Sequence record: DRR723986_8153
Strand: one strand, 5' to 3'
Length of the DNA stretch: 50,401 bases
Shown: positions 1 through 9,423 of the stretch, piece after piece
Position numbering within the stretch: position 1 is the first letter of the stretch
Layout of the letters: each line of letters opens with the position of its first letter
Notes under the pieces: model-generated
What the model was told of the DNA's origin: nothing
Databases searched by the model: none
The model's input: the letters and a program-made list of their open reading frames with translations, nothing else
Made by a program: the position numbers and the translations under genes

Positions 1-31
1 CGTGCGCCTTCAGCCACTCGGCCACCTCTCT
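1..31 (-). tRNA. tRNA-Ser, 5' portion (truncated by window edge before the anticodon)
   Basis: Reverse complement AGAGAGGTGGCCGAGTGGCTGAAGGCGCACG matches the acceptor 5' strand and D-arm typical of bacterial tRNA-Ser. The anticodon is outside the window. Confidence 0.85.
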
Positions 32-67
32 AGGTTGGCTTCCGATCCAGTATTCCGAATCGGAGTG

Positions 68-99
68 CAAAGAAAATTATTATTAATCCAGTTTCCAAA
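68..99 (-). promoter_or_regulatory. Putative Bacteroidota sigma70-type promoter for the tRNA
   Basis: Minus strand TTTG (99-96), 20-nt spacer, TTTCTTTG (75-68); one mismatch to TTTG-N19-21-TAnnTTTG. Confidence 0.5.
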
Positions 100-130
100 T
101 TATCCTGGAAAATAGCCGATGAAATTAATC

Positions 131-1198
131 CTAAGCACTCATCTCGCCAGCTAATGGCGCTTTCAGCTTCGCGATGATTTCTGAATGCCGAGTTTCCTGA
201 CCCAATAAAAACATCAATTTGGTTACCGCTGCTTCGGTGGTCATATCTGTACCACTCACCACACCTACACTCAGTAGCTCCTTACTTGTCTCATATCTCC
301 CCTGAATCACCCTACCACCATTACACTGAGATACATTAAGGATAATTATCCCCTTTTTAATAGCTCGTTGAAGTGACTCCATAAACCATGACTCGCTGGG
401 GCTGTTTCCCGAACCGTAAGTTTCTAAAACAATCGCCTTAAGTCCCTTTATATTTAAGGTAGCATCTATCACATTCTGTGTGATGCCAGGAAATAACTTG
501 AGGATAAGCACATTATTATCAAGTGAATTTCTATTCACTAATTTCTTGTGCGTCTCCAAAGGACGAATAGCCTGGGTGTTATAGTCTATTACTATTCCTG
601 ATTCAGCGAGAGGCGGGTAATTTTCAGATTCAAATGCGTCAAAGTGCACACTTTGAACCTTCTTGGAGCGATTTCCTCGAAGTAGGAGATGATTAAAGAA
701 AATACAAACCTCTGGCACTATAGGCTCTCCATTGATTTTTGCGGTAGCGATTTCTAGGGAAGTCATGAGATTCTCACGAGCATCAGAACGCATAGCTGAA
801 ATCGGTAATTGTGCCCCAGTAAAAATTACTGGCTTATTCAAACCTTGAAGCATATAGCTGAGCATGGAAGCTGAATAGGCCATGGTATCCGTACCGTGCA
901 GTACCACAAAACCATCGTAGCTATCGTAATTTTCATAAATGATATAGGCCATATCCTTCCAATGACTCATAGTGACATTAGATGAATCAATGGGCTCAGG
1001 AAAGGAAATTACCGTAATAGCAATATCCATAGTATAAAGAATAGGGATCTTTTCTAGTATCTGCCCAAAATTAAATGGCACCAAAGCTCCGCTATCATCA
1101 TACGCCATACCAAGTGTTCCCCCAGTATAGATGATCAATACTGAAGAAGTCTTACTTGTCCGCATTGCGGTATTTAATCGTACTATTTTATAATTCAT
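131..1198 (-). CDS. ansA: Type I (cytoplasmic) L-asparaginase
   Basis: YTGGTLGM and HGTDTMAYSAS catalytic motifs; no signal peptide. Confidence 0.95.
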   Translation of the reverse strand: MNYKIVRLNTAMRTSKTSSVLIIYTGGTLGMAYDDSGALVPFNFGQILEKIPILYTMDIAITVISFPEPIDSSNVTMSHWKDMAYIIYENYDSYDGFVVLHGTDTMAYSASMLSYMLQGLNKPVIFTGAQLPISAMRSDARENLMTSLEIATAKINGEPIVPEVCIFFNHLLLRGNRSKKVQSVHFDAFESENYPPLAESGIVIDYNTQAIRPLETHKKLVNRNSLDNNVLILKLFPGITQNVIDATLNIKGLKAIVLETYGSGNSPSESWFMESLQRAIKKGIIILNVSQCNGGRVIQGRYETSKELLSVGVVSGTDMTTEAAVTKLMFLLGQETRHSEIIAKLKAPLAGEMSA

Positions 1199-1971
1199 GA
1201 TCCAATCTCACGGAATAGGTTAAGGGCATTTTGTTTTGTTTTGAGAGCAACTTCCTCCTTAGACAGTTGGAGGTAATCTCCTATTTTCTCTGCTATAATA
1301 GGCAAATAAGCTGGAGAGTTCCTTTTTCCTCTATAGGGTACGGGGGCAAGATATGGCGCATCAGTTTCAAGCACCAAATGCTCAATACTGATTTCAGGAA
1401 TTACTTTATCCAAACCGCCGTTTTTAAAAGTTGCTACACCACCTATACCAAGTAAGAACCCCATTTCAATTATCTGATTTGCCTGATCTAAGGTGCCATT
1501 AAAGCAGTGGAAAACTCCTTTCAACTTGCCATCGTGCTCCTCCTTAACTATGGAGATTGTTTCATCCATAGAATCTCTGCAGTGAAGCACTATCGGCAAA
1601 TCTCTTTCCTTAGCCCAATTTATCTGAATTCTCAAGGCTTCTTTTTGCTGCTCAAAAAATGTCTTGTCCCAATATAAGTCCAATCCAATTTCACCCACAG
1701 CTGCAAACTGACGTTTGTTCAGCCAGTCTTCCATTATAACCAATTGCTCATGAAAATCCTCCTTCACATCACAAGGATGTAGCCCCATCATCGGGATACA
1801 CAACCCAGGATATTTCTCCTCACAGTCAAGCATCGCAGCGATCGTCTCCACATCCACATTCGGCATATAGACCCGCTCAATCCCAGCATCTCTAATGTCT
1901 TGGATGACCTGATCGCGATCTGAATCAAACTTAGAAGAATAGATATGGGCGTGTGTTTCTATGTAATTCAT
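1195..1971 (-). CDS. tatD: TatD family hydrolase/DNase
   Basis: ETHAH, GLHP, VGEIGLD, LHCR, VFHCF and LETDAPYLAP motifs. Start moved to ATG 1971, which forms an ATGA overlap with the upstream stop. Confidence 0.93.
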   Translation of the reverse strand: MNYIETHAHIYSSKFDSDRDQVIQDIRDAGIERVYMPNVDVETIAAMLDCEEKYPGLCIPMMGLHPCDVKEDFHEQLVIMEDWLNKRQFAAVGEIGLDLYWDKTFFEQQKEALRIQINWAKERDLPIVLHCRDSMDETISIVKEEHDGKLKGVFHCFNGTLDQANQIIEMGFLLGIGGVATFKNGGLDKVIPEISIEHLVLETDAPYLAPVPYRGKRNSPAYLPIIAEKIGDYLQLSKEEVALKTKQNALNLFREIGS

Positions 1972-3095
1972 GGGTATATTCTGGATTTCCATTTGGTCTT
2001 GGAAGGCCAAAAATAGTAAAGAATAGTAAGGAGGATGGTATTGAAATTATAAAAATCGAAAAGCAGCAAGGGAAACCAACTTATTTTAACACCGCATTTT
2101 CTGGTTAACCCAATAAGAAATATGCTTTGTAAAAAGATTTTAATCCACGCTAAACTCAGCCCAAGTGACGGCCTCAATAGTATTAACCCAATTATCGCTA
2201 CAAAATATATCACCTGAAGAGCCAGAATAACCTTCCAATAAAACGGCAAAGTCATCACTCCACTCATCCAACGTTTTCGTTGCACAAGTAAGGCTCGAAA
2301 ACTTATTTCAGGTTTTGTTATAGCAAGCATCCTTGAACTTACTTGATGCGCTATTTTGAAACCTGACTTCTGAATCGCTCGTGAGATCTCGAGATCTTCA
2401 GTAAGGCAAAAAGGCAACTTTTTAAACCCTCCCGATTTTTCATAGGCCTCTCGACTAATGACCATATTATTTCCGAGGCCAGTTGTCTGGATCCCCATAT
2501 CAGTGGCTACTTTGACAAAACCTAGTGTCAACCACCAATCGATCTCCTGAAACCTCTCCAGTAATTTTTGCGCCTTGACTTGAGTAATCCCGATTAGCAC
2601 ACCTGTTTTTTCACCAAAACAAGAAACTCCTTCTTGAATCCAATTTGGGTTTACCTCACAGTCTGCATCAGTATAAAAATAAAATTCACCAGTTGCTTGA
2701 TCTCCCAAAATCGCCAACGCATTTGCTTTACCATTTCTATTATATAGCCCGGTTTGCGATGGGGAAATAGTCAGAAAACTTCGGTTAGGCTTCTTCTCAC
2801 ACCAGTCCTTCAAGATCGCAGTGGTAGCATCTGAACTTTGATCATCGACAAAGAGAAACTGAATTCGATCCGATGGGTAATCCAATTTTTCAAAAGATCT
2901 CAGAAGGTTCGGGAGATCCATTTCCTCATTTCTTGCTGCTACCAGTACTGACACCTTTGGCAATTCCTCGTTCAGTGGCTTTGAATGGTCTTTCCAGAAA
3001 AAATGAAGACGAATCCACGCAAGTAGGAATTGAATATAAAGTAGCGCTAAGGTTACCAGCCCAAACATTACAAAATACGCAATCCAAGCACTCAT
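1968..3095 (-). CDS. GT2 family membrane glycosyltransferase
   Basis: VSVLVAARNEE, VDDQSSD, TDADC, TED and QRKRW motifs; N- and C-terminal TM helices. Confidence 0.9.
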   Translation of the reverse strand: MSAWIAYFVMFGLVTLALLYIQFLLAWIRLHFFWKDHSKPLNEELPKVSVLVAARNEEMDLPNLLRSFEKLDYPSDRIQFLFVDDQSSDATTAILKDWCEKKPNRSFLTISPSQTGLYNRNGKANALAILGDQATGEFYFYTDADCEVNPNWIQEGVSCFGEKTGVLIGITQVKAQKLLERFQEIDWWLTLGFVKVATDMGIQTTGLGNNMVISREAYEKSGGFKKLPFCLTEDLEISRAIQKSGFKIAHQVSSRMLAITKPEISFRALLVQRKRWMSGVMTLPFYWKVILALQVIYFVAIIGLILLRPSLGLSLAWIKIFLQSIFLIGLTRKCGVKISWFPLLLFDFYNFNTILLTILYYFWPSKTKWKSRIYP

Positions 3096-3718
3096 AACAA
3101 CCCGGTTTTCCAGCCCATCTCCCGAATGTAATCCAGGTATTGTGGCAAAATTTTTGGCAAAAGAGCCTTAGTCTTTATTTGATCGTGAAATACTGCGATG
3201 CACCCTTCTTTGGTATGCTGGATTGATTTCCTCAAAACCAATTCAGACTTCAAGCTTTGATCATAATCTCCCGACAGCATAGTCCACATCACTATCTCAT
3301 GGAACCTGGAAACCTCCACTGCTTGACTTGATTTAATCAACCCATATGGCGGACGAAAAAGCTTAGTCTTTATTCCCAAAACGTCCTGAAGGGTTCTATC
3401 GCAAAGTTCTATATTATCTAGGTAAACCGACTTTTCTGTTTTCCAACCGTTCAGATGATTAAAGGTATGGTTGCCCAATTTATGTCCTGAGCTAACGATT
3501 TCTTGGGCTAAAGACGGGTTCTTACGGACATTATCACCGACCACAAAAAAGGTAGCTTTTTGATTTCTTTTGGCTAATTCCTCTAGTACAAAGTCTGTAA
3601 CTCCAGGCACGGGACCATCATCAAATGTCAAAAAAATCGTATTCTCAGGTTCACTTTTCTTCCAAATCCTCTTGGGATAAAGCATCTGAAAAAGCTTCGG
3701 AACCGTATGCAAAATCAT
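3092..3718 (-). CDS. Polysaccharide deacetylase (CE4/NodB family)
   Basis: LTFDDGP, NHTFNH, FRPPYG and FHD motifs; no signal peptide. Confidence 0.92.
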   Translation of the reverse strand: MILHTVPKLFQMLYPKRIWKKSEPENTIFLTFDDGPVPGVTDFVLEELAKRNQKATFFVVGDNVRKNPSLAQEIVSSGHKLGNHTFNHLNGWKTEKSVYLDNIELCDRTLQDVLGIKTKLFRPPYGLIKSSQAVEVSRFHEIVMWTMLSGDYDQSLKSELVLRKSIQHTKEGCIAVFHDQIKTKALLPKILPQYLDYIREMGWKTGLL

Positions 3719-3719
3719 A

Positions 3720-4931
3720 CTATTGGAACTTTAAACTGAGCAAGGTCAAATCATCTCTCAATGGAACATCTTTTGAAAAGGTATTAATCTTCTTCAAAAA
3801 CTTACGGTGAAAATCATCTGGGTCCAGCCCTCCATTTTTATAGATGAATTTCTCCAGCCGCTCCTCACCAAATTCTTCTCCAGATGGATTCATCGCCTCA
3901 GTCAATCCGTCCGTATACAGATGCAAAGAAAAATCAGTCAGATTTTCACGCATTCCAATTTCTAGAAAAGGTAACTCATCGAATGCTCCCAAAATAGTTG
4001 TTCCAGCATCCAAATTCTCGGCTTTTTCTGCCTCCTCTCTATAGAGCAATGGCGGATTGTGACCCGCATTGACATAAGTAAGCTTTCGGGTTTTGAAATT
4101 GAAATACCCTAGGAAAAAAGTAATGAAACGCTCGCCATTGGTATTTTCAAACAGAGTATAATTCAATTGCTTTACAACCATTTCCAAATCAGCATCGCTC
4201 CGCAAAAGCGTACGAAGAGCAGCCTGAAAATTGGACATTAGCAATGCCGCAGAAATTCCCTTACCCGAAACATCCGCAATACAGAAATAAACCTCATCTT
4301 TTGACTTGCGAATCAGATCGTAATAATCACCACCAACCATGCTGTGAGGCAAATAAGTGACTTTTGCCTTCAACTCTTTGTCAATAGGAAGCTCGGCTGG
4401 GAAAAGCATCTGTTGCACCTGGGAAGCTATGGCAATTTCACGATTCAATATTTCCTGCTCCAACTGCTTTCTAGCGAACCGCTTATTTTCCAAAGCCACC
4501 ACCAGAATATTGGTTAGGGCTTGGGTGAAATTCAGATCTAAATCCAGGCTCAAATCCTTTCGCTTGAGAAATAGAATCGCAAGCATTTTGTCTTTATGAT
4601 AGACTGGTAGATATGTTTCGAGCTCCGCAAAAGAGTACTGCTCTTCCAGCTCCAATCTCAATTCACCCGTAGCTTTTTCGTCCACCACCTGATCAGCAGA
4701 AATCAACTTAGGCACATTCCCTTTTACTCCATGAGAAATTTTATTTTCGAAAGCACCTTGCTTTGCCACATAAAGAATCAATGCTTTGATATTCAGATGG
4801 ACTAAGCAGGTAAACTTGAAAATATTGAGCAAAACTGCCTCAGACTGATTTTCATTAATAGCCTGCGTGATCTCGAGTAGAGATTTAAGCTGCAGTTCCT
4901 TCCGTTGGAATTTGTGTGTTTCTTTGATCAA
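3720..4931 (-). CDS. RsbU/SpoIIE-type PP2C Ser/Thr phosphatase with N-terminal GAF-like region
   Basis: VGGDYYD, IADVSGKG, NAGHNPP, YTDGLTEA and DDLT motifs. Confidence 0.92.
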   Translation of the reverse strand: MIKETHKFQRKELQLKSLLEITQAINENQSEAVLLNIFKFTCLVHLNIKALILYVAKQGAFENKISHGVKGNVPKLISADQVVDEKATGELRLELEEQYSFAELETYLPVYHKDKMLAILFLKRKDLSLDLDLNFTQALTNILVVALENKRFARKQLEQEILNREIAIASQVQQMLFPAELPIDKELKAKVTYLPHSMVGGDYYDLIRKSKDEVYFCIADVSGKGISAALLMSNFQAALRTLLRSDADLEMVVKQLNYTLFENTNGERFITFFLGYFNFKTRKLTYVNAGHNPPLLYREEAEKAENLDAGTTILGAFDELPFLEIGMRENLTDFSLHLYTDGLTEAMNPSGEEFGEERLEKFIYKNGGLDPDDFHRKFLKKINTFSKDVPLRDDLTLLSLKFQ

Positions 4932-4933
4932 TT

Positions 4934-5185
4934 CTAAAGTGTATTATGGGCCATCAGGCCTTTTTTCGTTGCCAAAAAATGTAAATCTTTTCCTTCTCTC
5001 TTGATATCCACTTCTCCAAATCGCTCTGTATCGGGGTCATCGAGGCATTTTATATAGCCTTGGGCATACAGACTCTGTAAAGTTGCTAATAGCACTTCAT
5101 CTTCCCAAGCTAAAGTTTCCAGAAGGTAGGTAAAGGGCTGGACAAAATAGAGTTCGTCCATCAAGTCAAATTCTTGGTCGCTCAT
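4934..5185 (-). CDS. Small acidic hypothetical protein (possible winged-helix fold)
   Basis: 83-aa ORF ending 2 nt before the phosphatase start; LQSLYAQGYI...FLATKKGL pattern. Confidence 0.7.
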   Translation of the reverse strand: MSDQEFDLMDELYFVQPFTYLLETLAWEDEVLLATLQSLYAQGYIKCLDDPDTERFGEVDIKREGKDLHFLATKKGLMAHNTL

Positions 5186-5218
5186 GATCTAATTTTCAAA
5201 TTCTAAATTAACATTTCT

Positions 5219-6319
5219 CTACTTCTCCCTACCCTTCCAAGTGAATTTTCCACTCAAAGCTGCAATCCCAACTCTCAAAACATAGAATGGGTGCACTAGA
5301 GAGGTTTGTAGCAGGAAACTATTATTTGGCTGCCTTCCCATCGTTTTAAGAACTTTTCCCAAACTCAATTTTTCAGCAGCGATTTTAATTAGCCAAACTA
5401 ATCCAAAAGCAACAACTCCCTTTGCTCCAAGAAAAACTAAATAAAAGCTTCCGATCCAAATCAGTTGGACACAGAAAGCAGCAATAGCAGATAAGGCATG
5501 TGAAAAAGAAAAATGGATCTTCCATTTACTTGCCCATCGTACGCGTTGATTGATCAAAGAATCCCAAGTGGATTCTGGCTGAGTTTTTACCAAGGAACCT
5601 GGTGAGACTAAATAGTGACAAGCTTCTTTGCCAAATTTCTTGTGGATTTTCTTTAACAAAAACTCATCATCCCCTGAAGCAAACTCTCGATTACCTTCAT
5701 ATCCGTTCACTAGATCAAAAGCCGCCTTCCTGTAGGCAAGATTTGCACCGCTACACATTAAAGGATTCTTTTGGAAAAAGGAATAATTAGTAAGCAATAA
5801 AATACTTGCCCAATCCAATGATTGAAACTCATGTAGAAATTCTGCCTTTCCCTCCACCATGACAGTCCCTGCTACCAACTGAATCTTTGGATCCTGAAAA
5901 GGTAAAACCATCCTTTCTATCCAATATTCCGAAAATTCACAATCTGCATCAGAACAAAATATGATTTGTCCTGTCGCTACCTTCACTCCAAGTTCCAGCG
6001 CTCTCTTTTTGCCCTCATCCCTACTTCTCAACACTTGGACCTTTTGATTTTCTTTAAAAGCCCTTTGCAAAAGCTCGAAAGAGTCGTCTTCAGAATTGTC
6101 ATCAATCAGCAGAATCTGAAGGTTTGGATACCTGAGCTTCATTAAATTAAAACAGAGACTTGGGATATTTTTAGCCTCATTTCTGAATGGAATAAGCAAT
6201 GAAACAGCTGGAAAAAATGTATGATTAAGAGCTTGATCCGATTTTGGATCCCAAAATCTACCCATCCACCAAAGCAATGTGAAGTAACTCAAGGACCAAA
6301 TGAGGTAAAAACTTAGCAT
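5219..6319 (-). CDS. GT2 family membrane glycosyltransferase
   Basis: LIPFRNE, IDDNSED, SDADC, SGDDEF and QRVRW motifs. Start taken at ATG 6319 (MLSFY...) to avoid overlap with ruvC. Confidence 0.9.
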   Translation of the reverse strand: MLSFYLIWSLSYFTLLWWMGRFWDPKSDQALNHTFFPAVSLLIPFRNEAKNIPSLCFNLMKLRYPNLQILLIDDNSEDDSFELLQRAFKENQKVQVLRSRDEGKKRALELGVKVATGQIIFCSDADCEFSEYWIERMVLPFQDPKIQLVAGTVMVEGKAEFLHEFQSLDWASILLLTNYSFFQKNPLMCSGANLAYRKAAFDLVNGYEGNREFASGDDEFLLKKIHKKFGKEACHYLVSPGSLVKTQPESTWDSLINQRVRWASKWKIHFSFSHALSAIAAFCVQLIWIGSFYLVFLGAKGVVAFGLVWLIKIAAEKLSLGKVLKTMGRQPNNSFLLQTSLVHPFYVLRVGIAALSGKFTWKGREK

Positions 6320-6340
6320 GTTTTGGGCTAACTTGCGGGG

Positions 6341-6916
6341 GTGAGCAAAGAACAAGAAAAAGCACCAAAGGAAAAAATCATCTTAGGTATAGATCCTGGA
6401 ACAAACGTGATGGGTTACGGGGTGATTTTGACAGAAGGCAAAAAATACAAACTCTTACAATACGGGGTCATTCATCTAAAAAAATATGAAACCCATGAGT
6501 TGAAACTCAAGAAAATTTTTGAACGAATTACAGGAATACTGGAGGAATTTTTACCTGACAGCGTTGCTTTGGAGGCTCCATTTTTTGGAGTAAACGTACA
6601 ATCCATGCTGAAGCTTGGCAGGGCCCAAGGAGTTGCCATGGCGGCAGCTTTGGCTAGAGATATACCGATCACCGAATATTCCCCAAAAAAAGTAAAACAA
6701 TCAGTAACTGGAAATGGAAATGCATCCAAAGAACAGGTAGCAGCTATGCTTCAGACGCTTTTTAGCTTAACTGAGCTTCCAAAAATGCTGGATGCTACTG
6801 ATGCCTTGGCAGTAGCGCTGTGCCATCATTTTCATGAGGGAAGAATCCAAACAAAAGGAAGAAATGCAGGATGGAAATCCTTTATAGAGGAAAATCCAGA
6901 CCGTCTCAAAAAATAA
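6341..6916 (+). CDS. ruvC: Holliday junction resolvase RuvC
   Basis: [31 protein letters not shown] and DATDALAVA motifs; GTG start. Confidence 0.97.
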   Translation: MSKEQEKAPKEKIILGIDPGTNVMGYGVILTEGKKYKLLQYGVIHLKKYETHELKLKKIFERITGILEEFLPDSVALEAPFFGVNVQSMLKLGRAQGVAMAAALARDIPITEYSPKKVKQSVTGNGNASKEQVAAMLQTLFSLTELPKMLDATDALAVALCHHFHEGRIQTKGRNAGWKSFIEENPDRLKK

Positions 6917-6940
6917 AAACCCGGAATAAACCGGGTTTTA
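6915..6940. terminator. Bidirectional intrinsic terminator
   Basis: AAAACCCGG-AATAAA-CCGGGTTTT between convergent genes. Confidence 0.8.
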
Positions 6941-6963
6941 TATTTTGTTGATCAAATAACTTT

Positions 6964-7518
6964 CTAAAAAGTATATCCTACAGACAATTTAAGCACATTA
7001 TTTTTGACGTCTTGATTGTAATAATTTGTGCTCTGTATCCCTAAATCATAACTGGCCTGAGCATTAAATCCTAAGGGCAAATCTACTCCAACACCTACCA
7101 CACCGGCTATTTCATATCCTTTGATAGCCTCTGTGCTAGTATCAGTACTGCCATCCGCGTACTCTAATTTTCTAGAGACCAAAACTGAGCCCTGCGGTCC
7201 AGCAAAAACATTTAAAAATGGAAGAAAATTTACCCTAAGTAGTACAGGAACATCTATGTAATTCAAACGATCTTGATCAACTGCAGGAGTGCCAGTATCG
7301 CCGGTCCTAATGTGACCCTTTTGGGAATATTGAATACCCGGCTCAACAGCTATAAATCCGGCACCAATCTTATAGTAACCTCCAACATGAAACCCTCCGA
7401 TTGCCTTAGAATCAAAGTCTGAGAAATTAGCACTGGAATAACCTGCGCGAATACCAAATTGAGCATGAGCTGATCCAAACAACCCAAGAGCGAATACTAA
7501 AACCAAAAGTTTTTTCAT
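6964..7518 (-). CDS. Outer-membrane beta-barrel (porin/PorT-like family) protein
   Basis: Signal peptide ending AHA-Q, FGIRAG, YIDVPVLL and C-terminal LSVGYTF beta-signal. Confidence 0.85.
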   Translation of the reverse strand: MKKLLVLVFALGLFGSAHAQFGIRAGYSSANFSDFDSKAIGGFHVGGYYKIGAGFIAVEPGIQYSQKGHIRTGDTGTPAVDQDRLNYIDVPVLLRVNFLPFLNVFAGPQGSVLVSRKLEYADGSTDTSTEAIKGYEIAGVVGVGVDLPLGFNAQASYDLGIQSTNYYNQDVKNNVLKLSVGYTF

Positions 7519-7696
7519 AAGTTTTTAATTAGTTGATAGAATATTAAGAGTAGAATTCGATGAATAATCAATTAAAATCAGTGATATTTCTACTATCACT
7601 ACGACACTTAAGGCACTTCTTTTTAAATTAACTGGATAAAATTTAGGCTAGCGAATAGTCAACCTTTCGCTACCACAACTTTTTAGTAACGAACCA

Positions 7697-8260
7697 ATGG
7701 AAAATTTCTCAAGTCTTTTCAGCAAATTCCCTACCATAAGTGATGAAGCAAAACGAGCCTTTGCAAGTCACTTAGAAGAATTTGAAGTAGAAAAAGGCTA
7801 CCTATTGGAAAAAGAGGGGCAAATAAGCAAATTTCTTTACTTCGTTGCTGTAGGTTCTGCGAGAAGTTACTACATCCGTGATAACCGTGACATTACGGTC
7901 TCATTTACCCTAGATGAGGAATTTGTCACCGCGATGCACTCGTTCATTACAAGAAAACCTTCCTATGAAAACATTGAAACCATGGAGAAAAGTAAGGTTT
8001 TCAAAATCTCCTATGATAACCTTCAGGCCTGCTTTCTTGAATTCCCTGAACTCGAGCGCGCTTACCGCATGATTTTGGAGCAATATTATATAGTGCTAGA
8101 GGAACAACAGATATTCACCAAGTTTAAAACTGCTAGGGAAAGGTACCTCGAATTGATGCAATACCGGCCAAAAGTAATTCACAAAGCTTCCGTGGGTCAA
8201 ATCGCTTCCTTTCTCGACATGACTATAGAAACACTCAGTAGAATTCGGGCGAAGATTTAA
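7697..8260 (+). CDS. Crp/Fnr family transcriptional regulator
   Basis: cNMP-binding-like domain; C-terminal HTH QIASFLDMTIETLSRIR. Confidence 0.9.
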   Translation: MENFSSLFSKFPTISDEAKRAFASHLEEFEVEKGYLLEKEGQISKFLYFVAVGSARSYYIRDNRDITVSFTLDEEFVTAMHSFITRKPSYENIETMEKSKVFKISYDNLQACFLEFPELERAYRMILEQYYIVLEEQQIFTKFKTARERYLELMQYRPKVIHKASVGQIASFLDMTIETLSRIRAKI

Positions 8261-8283
8261 CTCCCAACGGCTAGCCTTTATGC

Positions 8284-8829
8284 TTAATCTTTACCCCCAC
8301 TTCCTTTAAACTGATCTTCTTTATAAGCAAAAAGTACATTGAAAGTAGTCAATGAGCCATATGCTCTGGTAATGTACTGTTGCAAGTGAATCCGGTCTTC
8401 ATCGTCCAATTTTGGGTGATTGTTGATATTTTGCTCCAGCACTCTCAGTTTTTCCCTCACCATTACGATTTTATGAAAAAACGCAGACATCGGGATTTCC
8501 TTGGTTTGTAGCGATTCATCGTTTGGTTCAAAAATCACATTGCCACCCATCCATTTCCCTCCTAAAGGAACAATCGGTGCGCGCTCCGAGGTCTGTATCA
8601 GCGCTTCTCGAATGGCCTTTTCTACATCCTTCATTGTCAGCATTGGGAAATCAGGAACCTTGGCTTCCTCCACAGTAAATCCCTCATAGTCCCTTGCGAG
8701 CGTCTTCACTTCCTCAGTGGTATAGAAGTAGATTTTATAATAAGTCTCATCGAGAGAAAGGATCATACCTGTCCCGAATTTGGGATGCACCAATTTGCTA
8801 CCTGGTGCCAGTTCACTTGCTTGTGCCAT
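8284..8829 (-). CDS. Conserved hypothetical protein with N-terminal Tudor/SH3-like segment
   Basis: GSKLVHPKFGTGMI N-terminus; helical C-terminal region FFHKIVMVREKLRVLEQ...YGSLTTFNVLF. Confidence 0.8.
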   Translation of the reverse strand: MAQASELAPGSKLVHPKFGTGMILSLDETYYKIYFYTTEEVKTLARDYEGFTVEEAKVPDFPMLTMKDVEKAIREALIQTSERAPIVPLGGKWMGGNVIFEPNDESLQTKEIPMSAFFHKIVMVREKLRVLEQNINNHPKLDDEDRIHLQQYITRAYGSLTTFNVLFAYKEDQFKGSGGKD

Positions 8830-8900
8830 TTTTAAAAAGATTTAGGGATCCAAAATAAGGAATTTTACTAAAAGAGAATTAGCTACAATGAAAACTACCT

Positions 8901-8930
8901 AAAAAGAAAGGGGGAACTTAGCACCCCCTT
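8901..8930 (-). terminator. Intrinsic terminator
   Basis: Minus strand AAGGGGG-TGCTAAGTT-CCCCCTT followed by TCTTTTT, just after the 8935 stop. Confidence 0.7.
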
Positions 8931-8934
8931 AAAA

Positions 8935-9423
8935 TTAATTTTTCAGATTATTTATTTTCTGAGACCAAGCCTGTGCCAGATCCCATTCGTTTATCATATA
9001 GTCACTTCGCTGCTCATCATAGAGATCTATAGTAACCGGCTTACTTTGCTCATCATAATGATCTAGCTTTAAGCTGACTTTTTGAATGATCTGCCTCTTC
9101 TCCTTTCCTACCTTCATTTCACGAAAGTTTCTGATAGGACGACAAAGTCGAACCTGACTCAAGTCTATTTTCTGAACTTGGTTCCCTTTGTCCAAGGAAT
9201 TCAGAAATAGCAGTTGGCCATTTTTTTGGTCCAAGCCAATGCAATAAGCCTCCCGCCAGGTATCAAAATCCCCTGATTTCAGATGACTTACTTGTGTTTC
9301 AGACTTGAGTTGTTCCATAAGCAGATTGCTTTTATTCCTTTGTTTTAAACTTGTTAGAATTAATGGCAGGCTTACCATTACTGTCAAAGCCACCGATAAG
9401 GTAATTAATGTTAGTTCACTCAT
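8935..9423 (-). CDS. Hypothetical single-pass membrane protein
   Basis: ATG 9423 with A-rich upstream context; N-terminal TM helix followed by a basic stretch and a soluble domain. Confidence 0.75.
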   Translation of the reverse strand: MSELTLITLSVALTVMVSLPLILTSLKQRNKSNLLMEQLKSETQVSHLKSGDFDTWREAYCIGLDQKNGQLLFLNSLDKGNQVQKIDLSQVRLCRPIRNFREMKVGKEKRQIIQKVSLKLDHYDEQSKPVTIDLYDEQRSDYMINEWDLAQAWSQKINNLKN

